From: Rhizaria sp. SCN 62-66
Lineage: Eukaryota
NCBI GenBank assembly: GCA_001724265.1
Contig: MEDY01000299.1
Location: 1-38,029, forward strand
DNA: 38,029 nucleotides
Reading direction: 5' to 3'
The notes beneath the pieces were generated by a model. The model ran no database searches. It had not been told where the DNA came from and saw nothing but the letters and a program-made list of their open reading frames with translations. This document shows, piece by piece, positions 1 through 10,167 of this stretch (its first letter is position 1; every line of letters begins with the position of its first letter). The translations under genes were made by a program, and so were the position numbers.

Positions 1-33
1 GTATTTTGTTGCCAACTTGACTTGAACGAAATC

Positions 34-95
34 CCTCTGGGCTCCCTCCCCACGGCCCAGAGGCCGGTCCGCGCCATCCTACGACGGACCGATGG
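34..95. other. Two adjacent GC-rich hairpins, the second with pseudoknot potential
   Basis: CCTCTGGGC (34-42) is the exact reverse complement of GCCCAGAGG (55-63). CGGTCCG (65-71) pairs with CGGACCG (85-91). Loop CCATC (74-78) is complementary to GATGG (91-95). Confidence 0.6.
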
Positions 96-257
96 TTAAG
101 TTTGGTCTCATTCAGTAAAGAAAAGGGTACAAACATATGTATTATTTGATTTGGTAGTGTAGGAGTATCTTCGATCGAAAAGGCAGCTTAATTGTGAACC
201 ATAACGTCTCGGTGCGCAATGAACAGTGAATGCTGTGACAGTTGCGCAGGGAGAAAG

Positions 258-289
258 GACAAGCAAGCACGCAGACAAGCAAGCACGCA
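258..289. repeat. Perfect 16-nt tandem duplication (GACAAGCAAGCACGCA x2) downstream of aconitase
   Basis: Copies at 258-273 and 274-289, read directly. Confidence 0.9.
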
Positions 290-675
290 AGACGGGCAAC
301 AAAAACTTGGTAACGTAGTATCACTATCAACAAGCCCAATCAACGCGTACGAGAGCGATGAGAGGGACTGCGACTTATGACATCTTATCTTGCAGAATGC
401 AGACATATAAAACAAACAGCAAACTAAAACTAGGACTATAAAGCGAGCATTATCAAAGCTAACAGAACTCCACACGGTCAACAAGTCGTGCAACTTCATC
501 AACAGGCTACACAGCGCTGTGTGCATGCTTCACTAAGTGGCGCAGTGCGGCAGTGCAGTGCGAGACATAGTTGCGAAACAAACGCAGCGTCTGTGTGCGC
601 ACGTGTCAACATGAAGTACGCGCACATTAGAGCACGCGTGAGTGTGGCAGGCGGGCATGAAAGCATGCTGCGTGC

Positions 676-3600
676 TTACGCAGTGGAGGACTTGAGGATG
701 CTGCGGAGGACGTAGTTCAGAATGCCGCCGTGGCGGAAATACTCGACCTCGACCGCGGTGTCGATGCGCGACTTGACCTGGAACGACTCGATGGAGCCGC
801 CGGTCACGGTCACGGTGAAGAGCTGGTTCACGGAGAGAGGTGCGGACTCGAGGTCGATGGAGAACTGCTCCTTGCCGGTGAGGCCGAGGGTGTCGGCGTT
901 CTCGCCGTTGACGAACTCAAGGGGGAGCACGCCCATACCGACCTGTGAAGTTAGTTCACAGAAGCGCAACAGAAGATTCGAGGAATGGAAGGCAAAGTGA
1001 GCGCAAAGAATAAATGAACATGTTGATAGACGATGGCAGATAAATTTGGTGATAAAATAAAAGGAAAATGAGGTTGGAAAATGAGGTTGCAAGTGAAGAA
1101 AGAGAGACCCCCGTGGAACCGGCAGGCCTCTCGCGATTTGCAGTCCCGGCGCGAGCCGGCTGTTGTAGTCCCAAAATGAAACGGATGTCTGTGAAAAGCC
1201 AGAGTCTCCGGGATTAAAGATGGGACAAAAAGAAAGAGTGCATTCAAGAAAAAATAAAATAAAGATGTAGAGAGAGAGGAAAGTGAACGTACGAGGTTGG
1301 AGCGGTGGATGCGCTCGAAGGACTCGACGATAACGGCCTTGACGCCCTGGAGGAAGGGGCCCTTGGCAGCCCAGTCGCGGGACGAGCCGGAGCCGTACAT
1401 CTTGCCGCCGATGACGACGGTGGCGAAGCCGTCCTTCTTGTAGCGCTCAGCGGCGTCGAAGATGTACATCTCCTCGCCGGAGGGCACGTGGAGGGTCTTG
1501 GCCGAGGCCTTGCCCGCAAGCAGCTTGTTCACAATGCGAGTGTTGGCGAAGGTGCCGCGCGCCATGAGCAGGTCGTTGCCGCGGCGCGCGCCGTAGGAGT
1601 TGAAGTCGGCGGGCTTGACGCCACGGGACTCGAGGAAGACGGCGGCGGGCGAGTTCTTGGCGATCTTGCCGGCGGGCGAGATGTGGTCCGTGGTGATTGA
1701 GTCGCCGAGGTTAAGCAGGCAGTAGGCCTTGTCGACCGACTTGGCCGCCGCGGGCTCCACGCCCATGCCGTGGAAGTACGGCGGGTGGTGGATGTAGGTC
1801 GACTCGCCGTCCCAAGGGTAGAGCGTGGACTGCTCCACCTGGAGCGCGTTCCACGAGTCGGTGCCGCGGGTGATGTTTGCGTAGACCTCCTTGAACATGG
1901 ACGAGACGACGCACTCGGCCTCGACGGCCTGGATCTCGGTGGACGAGGGCCAGATGTCGGCCAGGAACACGTCCTTGCCGGCGGCGTCCTTGCCGAGGGG
2001 CTGGGCCTCGAAGTCGAAGTCGGTCGTACCGGCGAGCGCGTAGGCGACGACGAGCGGGGGCGAGGCGAGGTAGTTAGAGCGCGTCGCGGCGTGCACGCGG
2101 CCCTCGAAGTTGCGGTTACCGGAGAGCACGGCCGAGGCGACGACGTTGCCTTCGGTGATGGCGGTCTCGACGACGGCGGGGATGTCGCCGGAGTTGCCGA
2201 TGCACGTGGTGCAACCGAAGCCGACGGCGTTGAAGCCGAGCTTCTCGAGGTAGGGCGTCAGGCCCGCGCGCTCGAGGTACTTGGTGACGACGTGCGAGCC
2301 GGGCGCGAGCGAGGTCTTGATGTAGGGCAGCGTGGTAAGGCCGGCCTCGACGGCGCGCTTGGCGAGCAGACCCGCGCCGATGAGCACGGAAGGGTTCGAC
2401 GTGTTAGTGCACGAGGTGATGGCGGCAATGACGACGGAGCCGTGCGAGAGCGGGTATGACTTGCCCTCGAACTCAAACATCGTGGGCGCAGCCTTGGCCT
2501 CGTCGGCTGAGAGACCGTAGCCCTTGGGGCCGACGGGCGCCGTGAGCGCGTTGACAAAGTCCGTCTTCATCTCGGAGAGCTTGACGGCGTCGTGGGGGCG
2601 CTTGGGGCCAGCGAGCAGTGGCACAACGGTGGCGAGGTCGAGCTCGAGCGTCGAGTTGAACTCGGGCACGGTCTCGGTGCCATCGTGGGTCAGGAACATG
2701 CCCTGCGCGCGGAGGTAGGCCTCGACGTAGGCGATCACCTCGGCGTCACGGTTAGTCTGGACGAGATAGTCGATGGAGCGCTTGTCCATGGGGAAGAAGC
2801 CCATGGTGGCGCCGTACTCGGGGGCCATGTTGGCAATCGTGGCGCGGTCGGCGAGCGACAGCGCGGCGACGCCGGGGCCGTAGAACTCGACGAACTTGCC
2901 GACGACGTTGTGCTTGCGCAGCATGGCCGTGATCTGGAGCACGAGGTCCGTGGCCGTGGCGCGCTGGTCGAGCTTGCCGGTGAGCTTGAAGCCGACGACC
3001 TGGGGCAGGACCATCGACACGTGCTGGCCGAGCATCACGGCCTCGGCCTCGATACCGCCGACACCCCAGCCGGCGACGCCGAGGCCGTCGATCATGGTGG
3101 TGTGAGAGTCGGTGCCGACGACGGAGTCGGGGTAGAGCACGCCGTCCTTGTTGAAGACGACGCGCGCGAGGTACTCGAGGTTGACCTGGTGCACGATACC
3201 GGAGCCGGGGGGCACGATCTGGAGGTTGTCGAAAGCCTTGGCACCCCACTTGAGGAACTGGAAGCGCTCAGCGTTGCGCTCCATCTCGATGCGGAGGTTC
3301 TCCTCGACGGCGTTCTCGTTGCGGTACGAGTCGACCTGCACGGAGTGGTCGATGACGAGGTCAACGGGCACGAGAGGGTTGATCTTATCAGCCTGGCCGC
3401 CGAGCTGGGTAATAGCGTCACGCATGGCGGCGAGGTCAACGACGCAGGGCACGCCAGTGAAGTCCTGCAGGATCACGCGCGCGGGGCGGAAGGGGATCTC
3501 GACGGACTCCTCGGACTTCTTGCGCCAGTTGAGGATGTTCTCGACGTCATCCGGGGTGATGACGAAGTTGTCGGTGTTGCGGAGAGCAGACTCGAGCAGG

Positions 3601-3728
3601 ATGCGGATCGAGAAAGGGAGCTTCGCGACACGCTCGTCGTTGAGCGCGGGCAGCGAGTAGTACTTGTACTTCTTCCCGTTGACGTCGAGCTCCGTAAGAA
3701 GCTTATCGAAAGGATTCGACGAAGACAT
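676..3728 (-). CDS. ACO1: Aconitate hydratase, cytosolic aconitase/IRP1 (AcnA) family; exons 3728-1293 and 942-676; 900 aa
   Basis: Family motifs [56 protein letters not shown] and [12 protein letters not shown]. Fe-S cysteines in [10 protein letters not shown] and [10 protein letters not shown]. Splicing joins [16 protein letters not shown] in frame, restoring the conserved C-terminus ([13 protein letters not shown]). ATG at 3728-3726, TAA at 678-676. Confidence 0.97.
943..1292 (-). other. Spliceosomal GT-AG intron (350 nt, phase 0) in aconitase
   Basis: Donor CTC|GTACGT at 1292. Branch point and acceptor ACTAACTTCACAG|GTC at 943. Pyrimidine-rich on the sense strand. Removal restores the conserved aconitase sequence. 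Confidence 0.95.
1063..1088. repeat. 13-nt tandem duplication (GGAAAATGAGGTT x2) inside the aconitase intron
   Basis: Copies at 1063-1075 and 1076-1088. Confidence 0.9.
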
Positions 3729-4436
3729 CTGGTCCCTGTTATGTGTCAAGGTATCAAGAGAGACAACCAAAGGGCGAGAAGATGCAACCAAAGGAAGTAA
3801 TCGCCGGATGGATATGTGCAGGAACGCAAGCACATGGAAAGCGGAATAAAATGGAAGAAGGTTCAAAAGTGTGAGTTATTGTAGAATGGAATGAAGGCAA
3901 ATGTAGATCTGAAGGGATTAATGATGAAACGCATCTGAGAAGTGCAGCGACGGGTCAAGATGCGTAGAGCCGGTCCTTGCCGCAAGATCTGCACGACTCC
4001 AGGTGTTAGATCATGCCCAGTGTCAATGCAGAATAAATATCAAGCAACGTCAGTAAGTCACATGTAGTTATATCCCAAAAGCACAACAAAGCAGAGGTAA
4101 TAAGGGCCCCTTTAACGCAGCTCAAAATCGCCCCCAGTCACTGCCCATCATCCGACGGGCGCTGGGTTAAGCCGCGGTGGTCGGTCGATGACCGTGAGAC
4201 GCAGCAGTCGGCGAAAAAGAAGAGAGCCCCTTCAGTCTGACAGAGAGCCGTTGCCTCGATGGGGAAACAGTTGGTTGTCATGTTCTCGTTGAGAAGCTCT
4301 GATTCAAATTTATTCAATTTAGGAGTAGTGTCGGCACTTGTTTTTGCAACGTGAACGGCTTGTTTTGGTTCGACTGACGGTCATATGCCGAGGCAATCAA
4401 TCCCCGTTAAACTACATTCGGCGTGCGCGAGTTGAG

Positions 4437-4471
4437 AGGCGTGGCATGTCAAAACAAGTCATGCCACGCCT
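4437..4471. repeat. Perfect 12-bp inverted repeat in the aconitase/C2-gene divergent spacer
   Basis: AGGCGTGGCATG (4437-4448) and CATGCCACGCCT (4460-4471) flank an 11-nt spacer. Outer pair ATGCCGAG (4385-4392) / CTCGGCAT (4478-4485). Confidence 0.85.
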
Positions 4472-4718
4472 TGACCTCTCGGCATGACGAAAGGTTTCTT
4501 TACTTTTGAAAGAGTTTGTGTATGTATATTTATCTCACGTCCTTTGCACTTTCTTTTCCGCCCTTTAAAACGCCACTATGGCCTCACAGAAAACCGTACC
4601 ACCACCCATCCCTCCAGAACGGTTGTGACATTGCAACTGTTCTAGTCTCCGTAGCTGAGTCCAATAGACGTACCCAGCGCCCAGCTCTGAGGTTTAATCG
4701 GTGCCAGTATTTAGCAGC

Positions 4719-7211
4719 ATGCAGTCAGGCCTTTCTCCCGACCAGCAGTGGCGCGACAGGCCGGCGTCGTCGGTGTACTCGTCGCCGTGGGGCGCCAACG
4801 CCGCTGCGGTGCAAAACGCGCCGTGGTACGCGCAGATGAAGGAGCAGCACACATTCAAGCGCCGCATGGACGCGATGAACATCCCGTACTACACCGCGAT
4901 TGATTGCAAGGCCATCGCTTCCACAAACAACTTCGCAGCGCTCGAGACGTTGCTGCCCGATCTGACTCTGAGCAACGTCTCGCACGCCGACGCGGCGTCG
5001 ATGACCGCGGCGCAAGTCGTCAACCTCGTTCGCGTCATGCAGCTTGGCCTCGAGTATCTTGACGGCGTCCGTGCCGCACTGCTCGCCAACGCCGACCGCG
5101 CTGCGCTCCACATCCAGTCCCTCGAGACCGGTCAGCGCTCTAACAGCTCCTCACTGCCCTCTGCCCGCGCCGGCCGCGACAACGGCACTGGTGGCGGCAT
5201 GTCCCCCGAGCAGTACACCGAGCTCATGACAGTTGTGCGCCAGGCCGCCGCGTCTGCCGCCGCCGCAGCCGCGCGCCCAGTCGCGGCCCCCGCTCCTGTG
5301 GCGACCGCGCTGGTGCCCAGCGCGGCGACGACCGAGCGCGAGGCGCGTCTGCAAAGCGCACTGGACCGCGCGTCGGTCGAGATTGCACAGCTGCGCCAGC
5401 AGCTCGGCGAGTTTGCGGCCACGATTCAGGCGCGCGACGTGGCGCTGGCGACCGAGTTCGAGCGCCGCGACGCCGAGCGCCGCGACACCGAGCGTGCTAA
5501 GTACCAGCAGGCCATGGAGGTCGAGGAGAAGACGCGCAAGTTGCGGCAGGAGCAGGAGATCCTCAACCGCGAACGTCTGCTCAACCTGGAGAAGGAGCGC
5601 CTCGAGCGCGCGCGCCTTGCGATGGAGCTGGAGCGCCAGCAGCAGGACTCGGCGGCCAACAAGGCGCAGACGGACGTGATCGAGCTGCAGCGCCAGCTCA
5701 TGCTGCAGCTCCAGATGTGCTCCGCCGCGCTCAACGCCAACCCGAACGCGATGGCGGCGCAGCAGCCGCCCGCGTTGCTGCCGCCCACGCCCGCGCCGCT
5801 GCCGGCGCTGATGCCGCCGATGCCCGCGGCCGCGACGGCGCTGGTCGAGGCCGCGCCCGCGATGGCGGCCACGGCGCCGCTGCCGCCCACGGCACCGCAG
5901 AATCCGCCCGACGACTACCGGCTCTACATCTCGTGCCAGGACCTGCCCAAGACGGACTGGTTCTCGCAGGCGGACCCGTTCTTCGTGATCTTCACTGCGC
6001 CCAAGCACAGCATCCCGGACTTCTCCAAGGCGCCGACGCCCGGATGGTCGATCCACACGATCACGCCCGTGATCTGGGACTCGCCGAACCCGACCTGGCC
6101 GCACCCGATGGTGATCCGCTGGCAGCCCGGAGAGGACCTGGCACTGCACTTCCAGCTCTGGGACTCGGACACCAAGGACGCCATCACGATCAACAACTAC
6201 ATGAAGCAGGAGTTCATCGGCTCCGCCGCGCTCACGCTACAGTCTGTGTGCGCGCCCGACAAGCTGGACAAGATGTGGAGCTTCCAGCTGCTGAGCCAGA
6301 AGGGCAAGCCGCTCAAGTCCGGTCGCATGCAGATCCGCGCCGTGTCGACCAACGCGGAGCAGGACGCCGAGCGCCGCCGCCGCGAGGAAGAGAACGCGCG
6401 CGCCGATGGAGAGCGCCGCGCGCGCGAGGCCGCCGAGGAGGCCGAGCGCCGCCGCCGCGAGGAGGAGGCCAAGCTTGCCGCCGAGCTCGAGTCGCTGCGC
6501 CGCAAGCAGGCCGAGGACGAGGCGGCGCGCCGCGGCAAGGAAGAGGCGATGCGGCTCATCGCAGAGCGCGAGCGCGAGCTCGAGGCGAAGCGCAAGGAGC
6601 TGGAGAACCACCTGGCCATGGAGGGCGTGTATGCGGAGCGTATGAACGCCATGGTCGTGTACAAGCTGCGCACGGCGTGCAAGGCCATGCCCGAGCGCCA
6701 CGGGCGGTCCAGCGACCCGTTCGTGCTGCTCATGTCGACAGAGCTGCAGAAGGGGCTCAACGGCGTCGCCGCGCAGCCGCCCAAGGTGGTGGGCATGACC
6801 GAAGTTGCGGCGTCAACGGTTAACCCGGAGTTCTACAAGCCGCTCACGCTCATGTGTCCCGAGTTCGAAGACCAGATGCTTGAGTTCCAGGGCTGGCAGT
6901 CCGACGTCGGCGGCGCTGTGACCGACTCCAACTACGATCAGCAGACCTTTGTGGGCTCCGCCACACTGGCGCTGCAGCAGCTGATCAAGACACCCGAGGT
7001 CAACGTCACCGTGCCCTTCTCGCAGCGCGGCAAGCCCATGTCGACGGCCGTGACCGTGGTGCTGCGCCGCGACGAGGCCGAGTGCCAGGCCTGGAAGGCC
7101 AAGGTCGTCGAGCTCCTCGACAAGTACCACAAGAAGGCCGACGTCATGCGCGGTGAGATCGCGTACCTTGAGCGCTCCATCCAGGACCAGCGCCAGCGCC
7201 TTCATGCCTAA
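4719..7211 (+). CDS. Dzip1/Iguana-like N-terminal domain + coiled coils + two copine-type C2 domains; 830 aa
   Basis: First ATG 4719, TAA 7209-7211, strong GC3 bias. HTFKRR..TAIDCKAIA..FAALETLLPDLT..VNLVRVMQLGLEYL (~4848-5080) follows the Dzip-like_N pattern (FxFRxR..AIDVD..TLQ..LxRLAQxxIEYL). C2A ~5916-6345 (LYISCQDLPKTDWFSQADPF..NPTW..LWDSD..EFIG). C2B ~6654-7070 (SSDPF..VNPEF..TFVG). E/R/A-rich helical linkers. Confidence 0.85.
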   Translation: MQSGLSPDQQWRDRPASSVYSSPWGANAAAVQNAPWYAQMKEQHTFKRRMDAMNIPYYTAIDCKAIASTNNFAALETLLPDLTLSNVSHADAASMTAAQVVNLVRVMQLGLEYLDGVRAALLANADRAALHIQSLETGQRSNSSSLPSARAGRDNGTGGGMSPEQYTELMTVVRQAAASAAAAAARPVAAPAPVATALVPSAATTEREARLQSALDRASVEIAQLRQQLGEFAATIQARDVALATEFERRDAERRDTERAKYQQAMEVEEKTRKLRQEQEILNRERLLNLEKERLERARLAMELERQQQDSAANKAQTDVIELQRQLMLQLQMCSAALNANPNAMAAQQPPALLPPTPAPLPALMPPMPAAATALVEAAPAMAATAPLPPTAPQNPPDDYRLYISCQDLPKTDWFSQADPFFVIFTAPKHSIPDFSKAPTPGWSIHTITPVIWDSPNPTWPHPMVIRWQPGEDLALHFQLWDSDTKDAITINNYMKQEFIGSAALTLQSVCAPDKLDKMWSFQLLSQKGKPLKSGRMQIRAVSTNAEQDAERRRREEENARADGERRAREAAEEAERRRREEEAKLAAELESLRRKQAEDEAARRGKEEAMRLIAERERELEAKRKELENHLAMEGVYAERMNAMVVYKLRTACKAMPERHGRSSDPFVLLMSTELQKGLNGVAAQPPKVVGMTEVAASTVNPEFYKPLTLMCPEFEDQMLEFQGWQSDVGGAVTDSNYDQQTFVGSATLALQQLIKTPEVNVTVPFSQRGKPMSTAVTVVLRRDEAECQAWKAKVVELLDKYHKKADVMRGEIAYLERSIQDQRQRLHA

Positions 7212-8499
7212 GTCGGTTGCGGAGTCGTACATGTGATGCGTTGTGGAGATTAAGGTATTTCTGTGAAGGATTTTTTGTGCTTTCTTGTTTGTTTGTTTTT
7301 TGTTCTTTAAGCTCATAATTTAGCAGAGTTTGTACTGTGTCTTATCAAAGATTGTCCACGCGTCTGTAAAACAAGTTCTACAAAACGTATCTAGATGTGG
7401 TCGGACAGCATATGTGACGCGCGCGATCTGTGTCATGTCACCTTTCGTTGTTGATTCATCGGCTGAATACAAATTGGATACTACAAATTGAAGAGTCTTT
7501 AAAATTAAACGAGTGTATATGTGCAGAAAATCCCTTTTGTGGCCTAAAATGCCGTGATTGCGTCAGCAAGACAGCATAGGTGTCGACCGAAGGGGTGTAG
7601 CGTGGACGAGACGTAAAAGTCTCCGTAGAGAGCATGCGCATCAGTGTAACAAAGGGTACACGAGCACGAGCAGACCCGGAAATACCAGCGCAAGACGAAA
7701 AAATGCAATGTTAATACGAAAACGCGTGTTAAGCGTGTGAAGAAATCAATCAGACAATCGTGAGTAAGGGGGGAACATCCGAGACACAGGGCACAATGCG
7801 CGCGGCAGTGGCCGACGGCGCAGCGCAGCGACAGCACACATCGACATGGCGACAGTGCGGTGACAGCAAAGCGCTGTCTGACGGCGGCATGGGAAGCGGC
7901 GTTGTGCACGGAAGTGAAAGCGTCTTGCTTATGAGGGATGACTTGCAATTCTGACAACATGGATGACGTAGTGAGAAAGCCAAAGTTCAAGACAAAGATA
8001 GTAAGACGAGCCGTGACGAAATTAAACGAAACGAAACGAAAAATGAGAATCCGAAATGAATGAGGTTTCTTTTCTCCGAGGGGGGATACAAAGAGGAAAG
8101 ATGATACAGAGAAACTAAGATCGTTTTTGGTTCTAGTAACACTGTGGCAAAAAATGATAATTAAGGCATAATGCAAAGACTGAGCCAATGAAAATGAGGA
8201 TTGTGACATGAAAAGAAAAAAATGAGACAACGAAAAACAAAAGCGAAACAAACAAAAGAAAAAACGTCGGTTTGGTGAACAAAAGGATCAAAAAATACGA
8301 ACATCTTCTAAGAAAGCAAGTCACGGGGACACGAGTGCGGGCGCAGCTACAGACGCACAAGTTAACACACTGTGGGAAATATGCAAATACGGATTGGAAG
8401 ACACGCAGACAGCAGTCATTGACTCGTAGTCTTAGATCAAGCTCAGGTCAGAGCCGGTCGCTCGCTGGCGCTGTCTAGCGTTGTCGCTAAAAAAGCAAT

Positions 8500-10167
8500 T
8501 CAGTCTGCGTCGCTGCGCATGGGAACGCCACCTGTGCGCGGCGTGTCCGCCTCGGTCTCCATCGCAATCCCGCCCGCAGCGAGGCCAGCGTGGCCCGTCG
8601 CCAGCTGTTGCGGCGGCGGCGGCGGCGGCTGCGAGCGCGCGAAACACGCGGCGACGAAGGCGGGCGACGCCGCCATCGCCGCCGCCGCCGCGGCCGCCTG
8701 GTCGGGCAGCAGCCGCACGGGCGGCGGCAGCGGGGACGCGCCGGTAGCCGCCGCAGACGCCGCCGCCGCAGCGGCCGCCGCGGCCGATGACGAGCTGGAG
8801 GCAGCAGCAGCAGCAGCAGCGGCGGCGGCGGCGAGCGCGTTGGTGTTGGACGCGTGTGGCGGCATGGGCGCAAGGCAGACGAAGCAGACGGGCGGCGAGC
8901 GCGAGTCCGCGCAGTGCGGGCACAGCGGGGAGAGCTCGGCCGCCGGGTCCGGGTCCGTGGGTGGGCGGAACATGGACCGGCACAGTGAACAAAAGACCAA
9001 AGTGCGCGAGAGAGTGGCCGGATGCGCCACACCGGGGCCCAGACACAGTGAGGAGTCGCCGCCGCCGCTGCTGTTGCTGCTGTTGCTCGTCGCGCTATTG
9101 CGGTGGTTAGTCCCGAGTGTGATGCTGTGCTGGTGATTGTTGTTGCTGATGCTGGTCGCAGCGAGCGCGGCAGCCGTCGACAGCGGCGACGCTGAGGGCG
9201 ACGGCGACGGCCCCGTCGCGACAGCGCCGGCGCCGATAACGCCGTCACATGGGGCGGATGCGCTGAGGCCGTCTCTAAGCCCCTGTCCAAGTCCGTGCCC
9301 GGGATGACCGAGGCCGCCCTGGCTGTGGCCGTGGCCGTGGCTGTGGAGGCCGAGGCCGACGGTGTGGCGCGGCGTCGGCGTGAGCGCAACCGAACCCGGT
9401 GCAACGCCGCGCAAGAGCGTCTGCGGCGACGACGCCGACTGTCCTTGAGCCGTCAGATGCGCGTACTGCTGCTGTTGTTGTTGCTGTAGGCTCTGCTGGC
9501 TGGCGCTCTGGCTCAGCGCCTCGGGACGCAGCGCGGCGGCTGTGAGGTCCGTGAGCGCCTGGCACTGTCGCGGTGAGCCGGGCGTCGAGGCGGCGCCGCG
9601 CGGCGAGTGCGACAGCGACAGGAACGGCGCTGGGGCCGCGGCGCTGCCGTCGGTGCGGGAGGCGGTCGGGGCGTGGGTGGGCGTCGTCGATGTGGATGAC
9701 GAGGAAGGCTGGAACACGGAGCGCGGGGGCGCGGCAGCGGCGGCAACGGGCGTGAGAGCTTGTGCGGTGTGCGAGAAGGCCTGTCCGTGCATCATCGAGG
9801 GCGAGGATGAAGTCACGACGGCGCCGGTGGAGGAGGCGGGCGAATGTGACAGAGCGCCCGGCGCTGCGGGGCTGTTGTCATCCGGCCGTGAACACGCAGG
9901 TGATTTGTACGACGCGCTGCCGCAGTCGCAAAATGTCATTGCGCCCTTGGGGACGGGAGTCATTACGTGCGAAAAGTGGCAGCGCACGGCGCAGGGCTCG
10001 CAGATGATGAACTGGGTCGTAGGGGTGGAGCACGTGTGGCAGACGAAGGCCTCCTGAGCGTAGAACGAATCGTTTGTAAACGTGAAGGTGCACATCTTCC
10101 GCGCAAGCGCCTCCGACAATGTTGTCGGGTTCGGCCGGCTTTTTAAAGAGCTTGGACGGACCGGCAT
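8500..10167 (-). CDS. UBR-box (zf-UBR) zinc-finger protein with a second Cys cluster and low-complexity regions; about 555 aa
   Basis: CTFTFTNDSFYAQEAFVCHTC..ICEPCAVRCHFSH..FCDCGS matches UBR-box Cys/His spacing. Later CSLC..CPHC..CFVC. First in-frame ATG 10167, TGA 8502-8500. An upstream exon is not excluded. Confidence 0.8.
   Translation of the reverse strand: MPVRPSSLKSRPNPTTLSEALARKMCTFTFTNDSFYAQEAFVCHTCSTPTTQFIICEPCAVRCHFSHVMTPVPKGAMTFCDCGSASYKSPACSRPDDNSPAAPGALSHSPASSTGAVVTSSSPSMMHGQAFSHTAQALTPVAAAAAPPRSVFQPSSSSTSTTPTHAPTASRTDGSAAAPAPFLSLSHSPRGAASTPGSPRQCQALTDLTAAALRPEALSQSASQQSLQQQQQQQYAHLTAQGQSASSPQTLLRGVAPGSVALTPTPRHTVGLGLHSHGHGHSQGGLGHPGHGLGQGLRDGLSASAPCDGVIGAGAVATGPSPSPSASPLSTAAALAATSISNNNHQHSITLGTNHRNSATSNSSNSSGGGDSSLCLGPGVAHPATLSRTLVFCSLCRSMFRPPTDPDPAAELSPLCPHCADSRSPPVCFVCLAPMPPHASNTNALAAAAAAAAAAASSSSSAAAAAAAAASAAATGASPLPPPVRLLPDQAAAAAAAMAASPAFVAACFARSQPPPPPPQQLATGHAGLAAGGIAMETEADTPRTGGVPMRSDAD

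Noticed and set aside
520-575. Iron-responsive-element-like CAGTG repeats near the IRP-type aconitase (also CAGTGA on the minus strand near 4138-4143)
   Set aside because: The CAGTG copies at 543-570 are antisense to the aconitase mRNA. The upstream one is not in an apical loop with a 5-bp stem and bulged C.
1158-1175. TGTAGTCCCA resembling the 7SL/Alu 5' domain
   Set aside because: Only a 10-nt match, and the flanks do not follow SRP RNA.
951-1292. Hydrophobic C-terminal tail of the 971-aa aconitase ORF
   Set aside because: Intron read-through. The real C-terminus is in exon 942-676.
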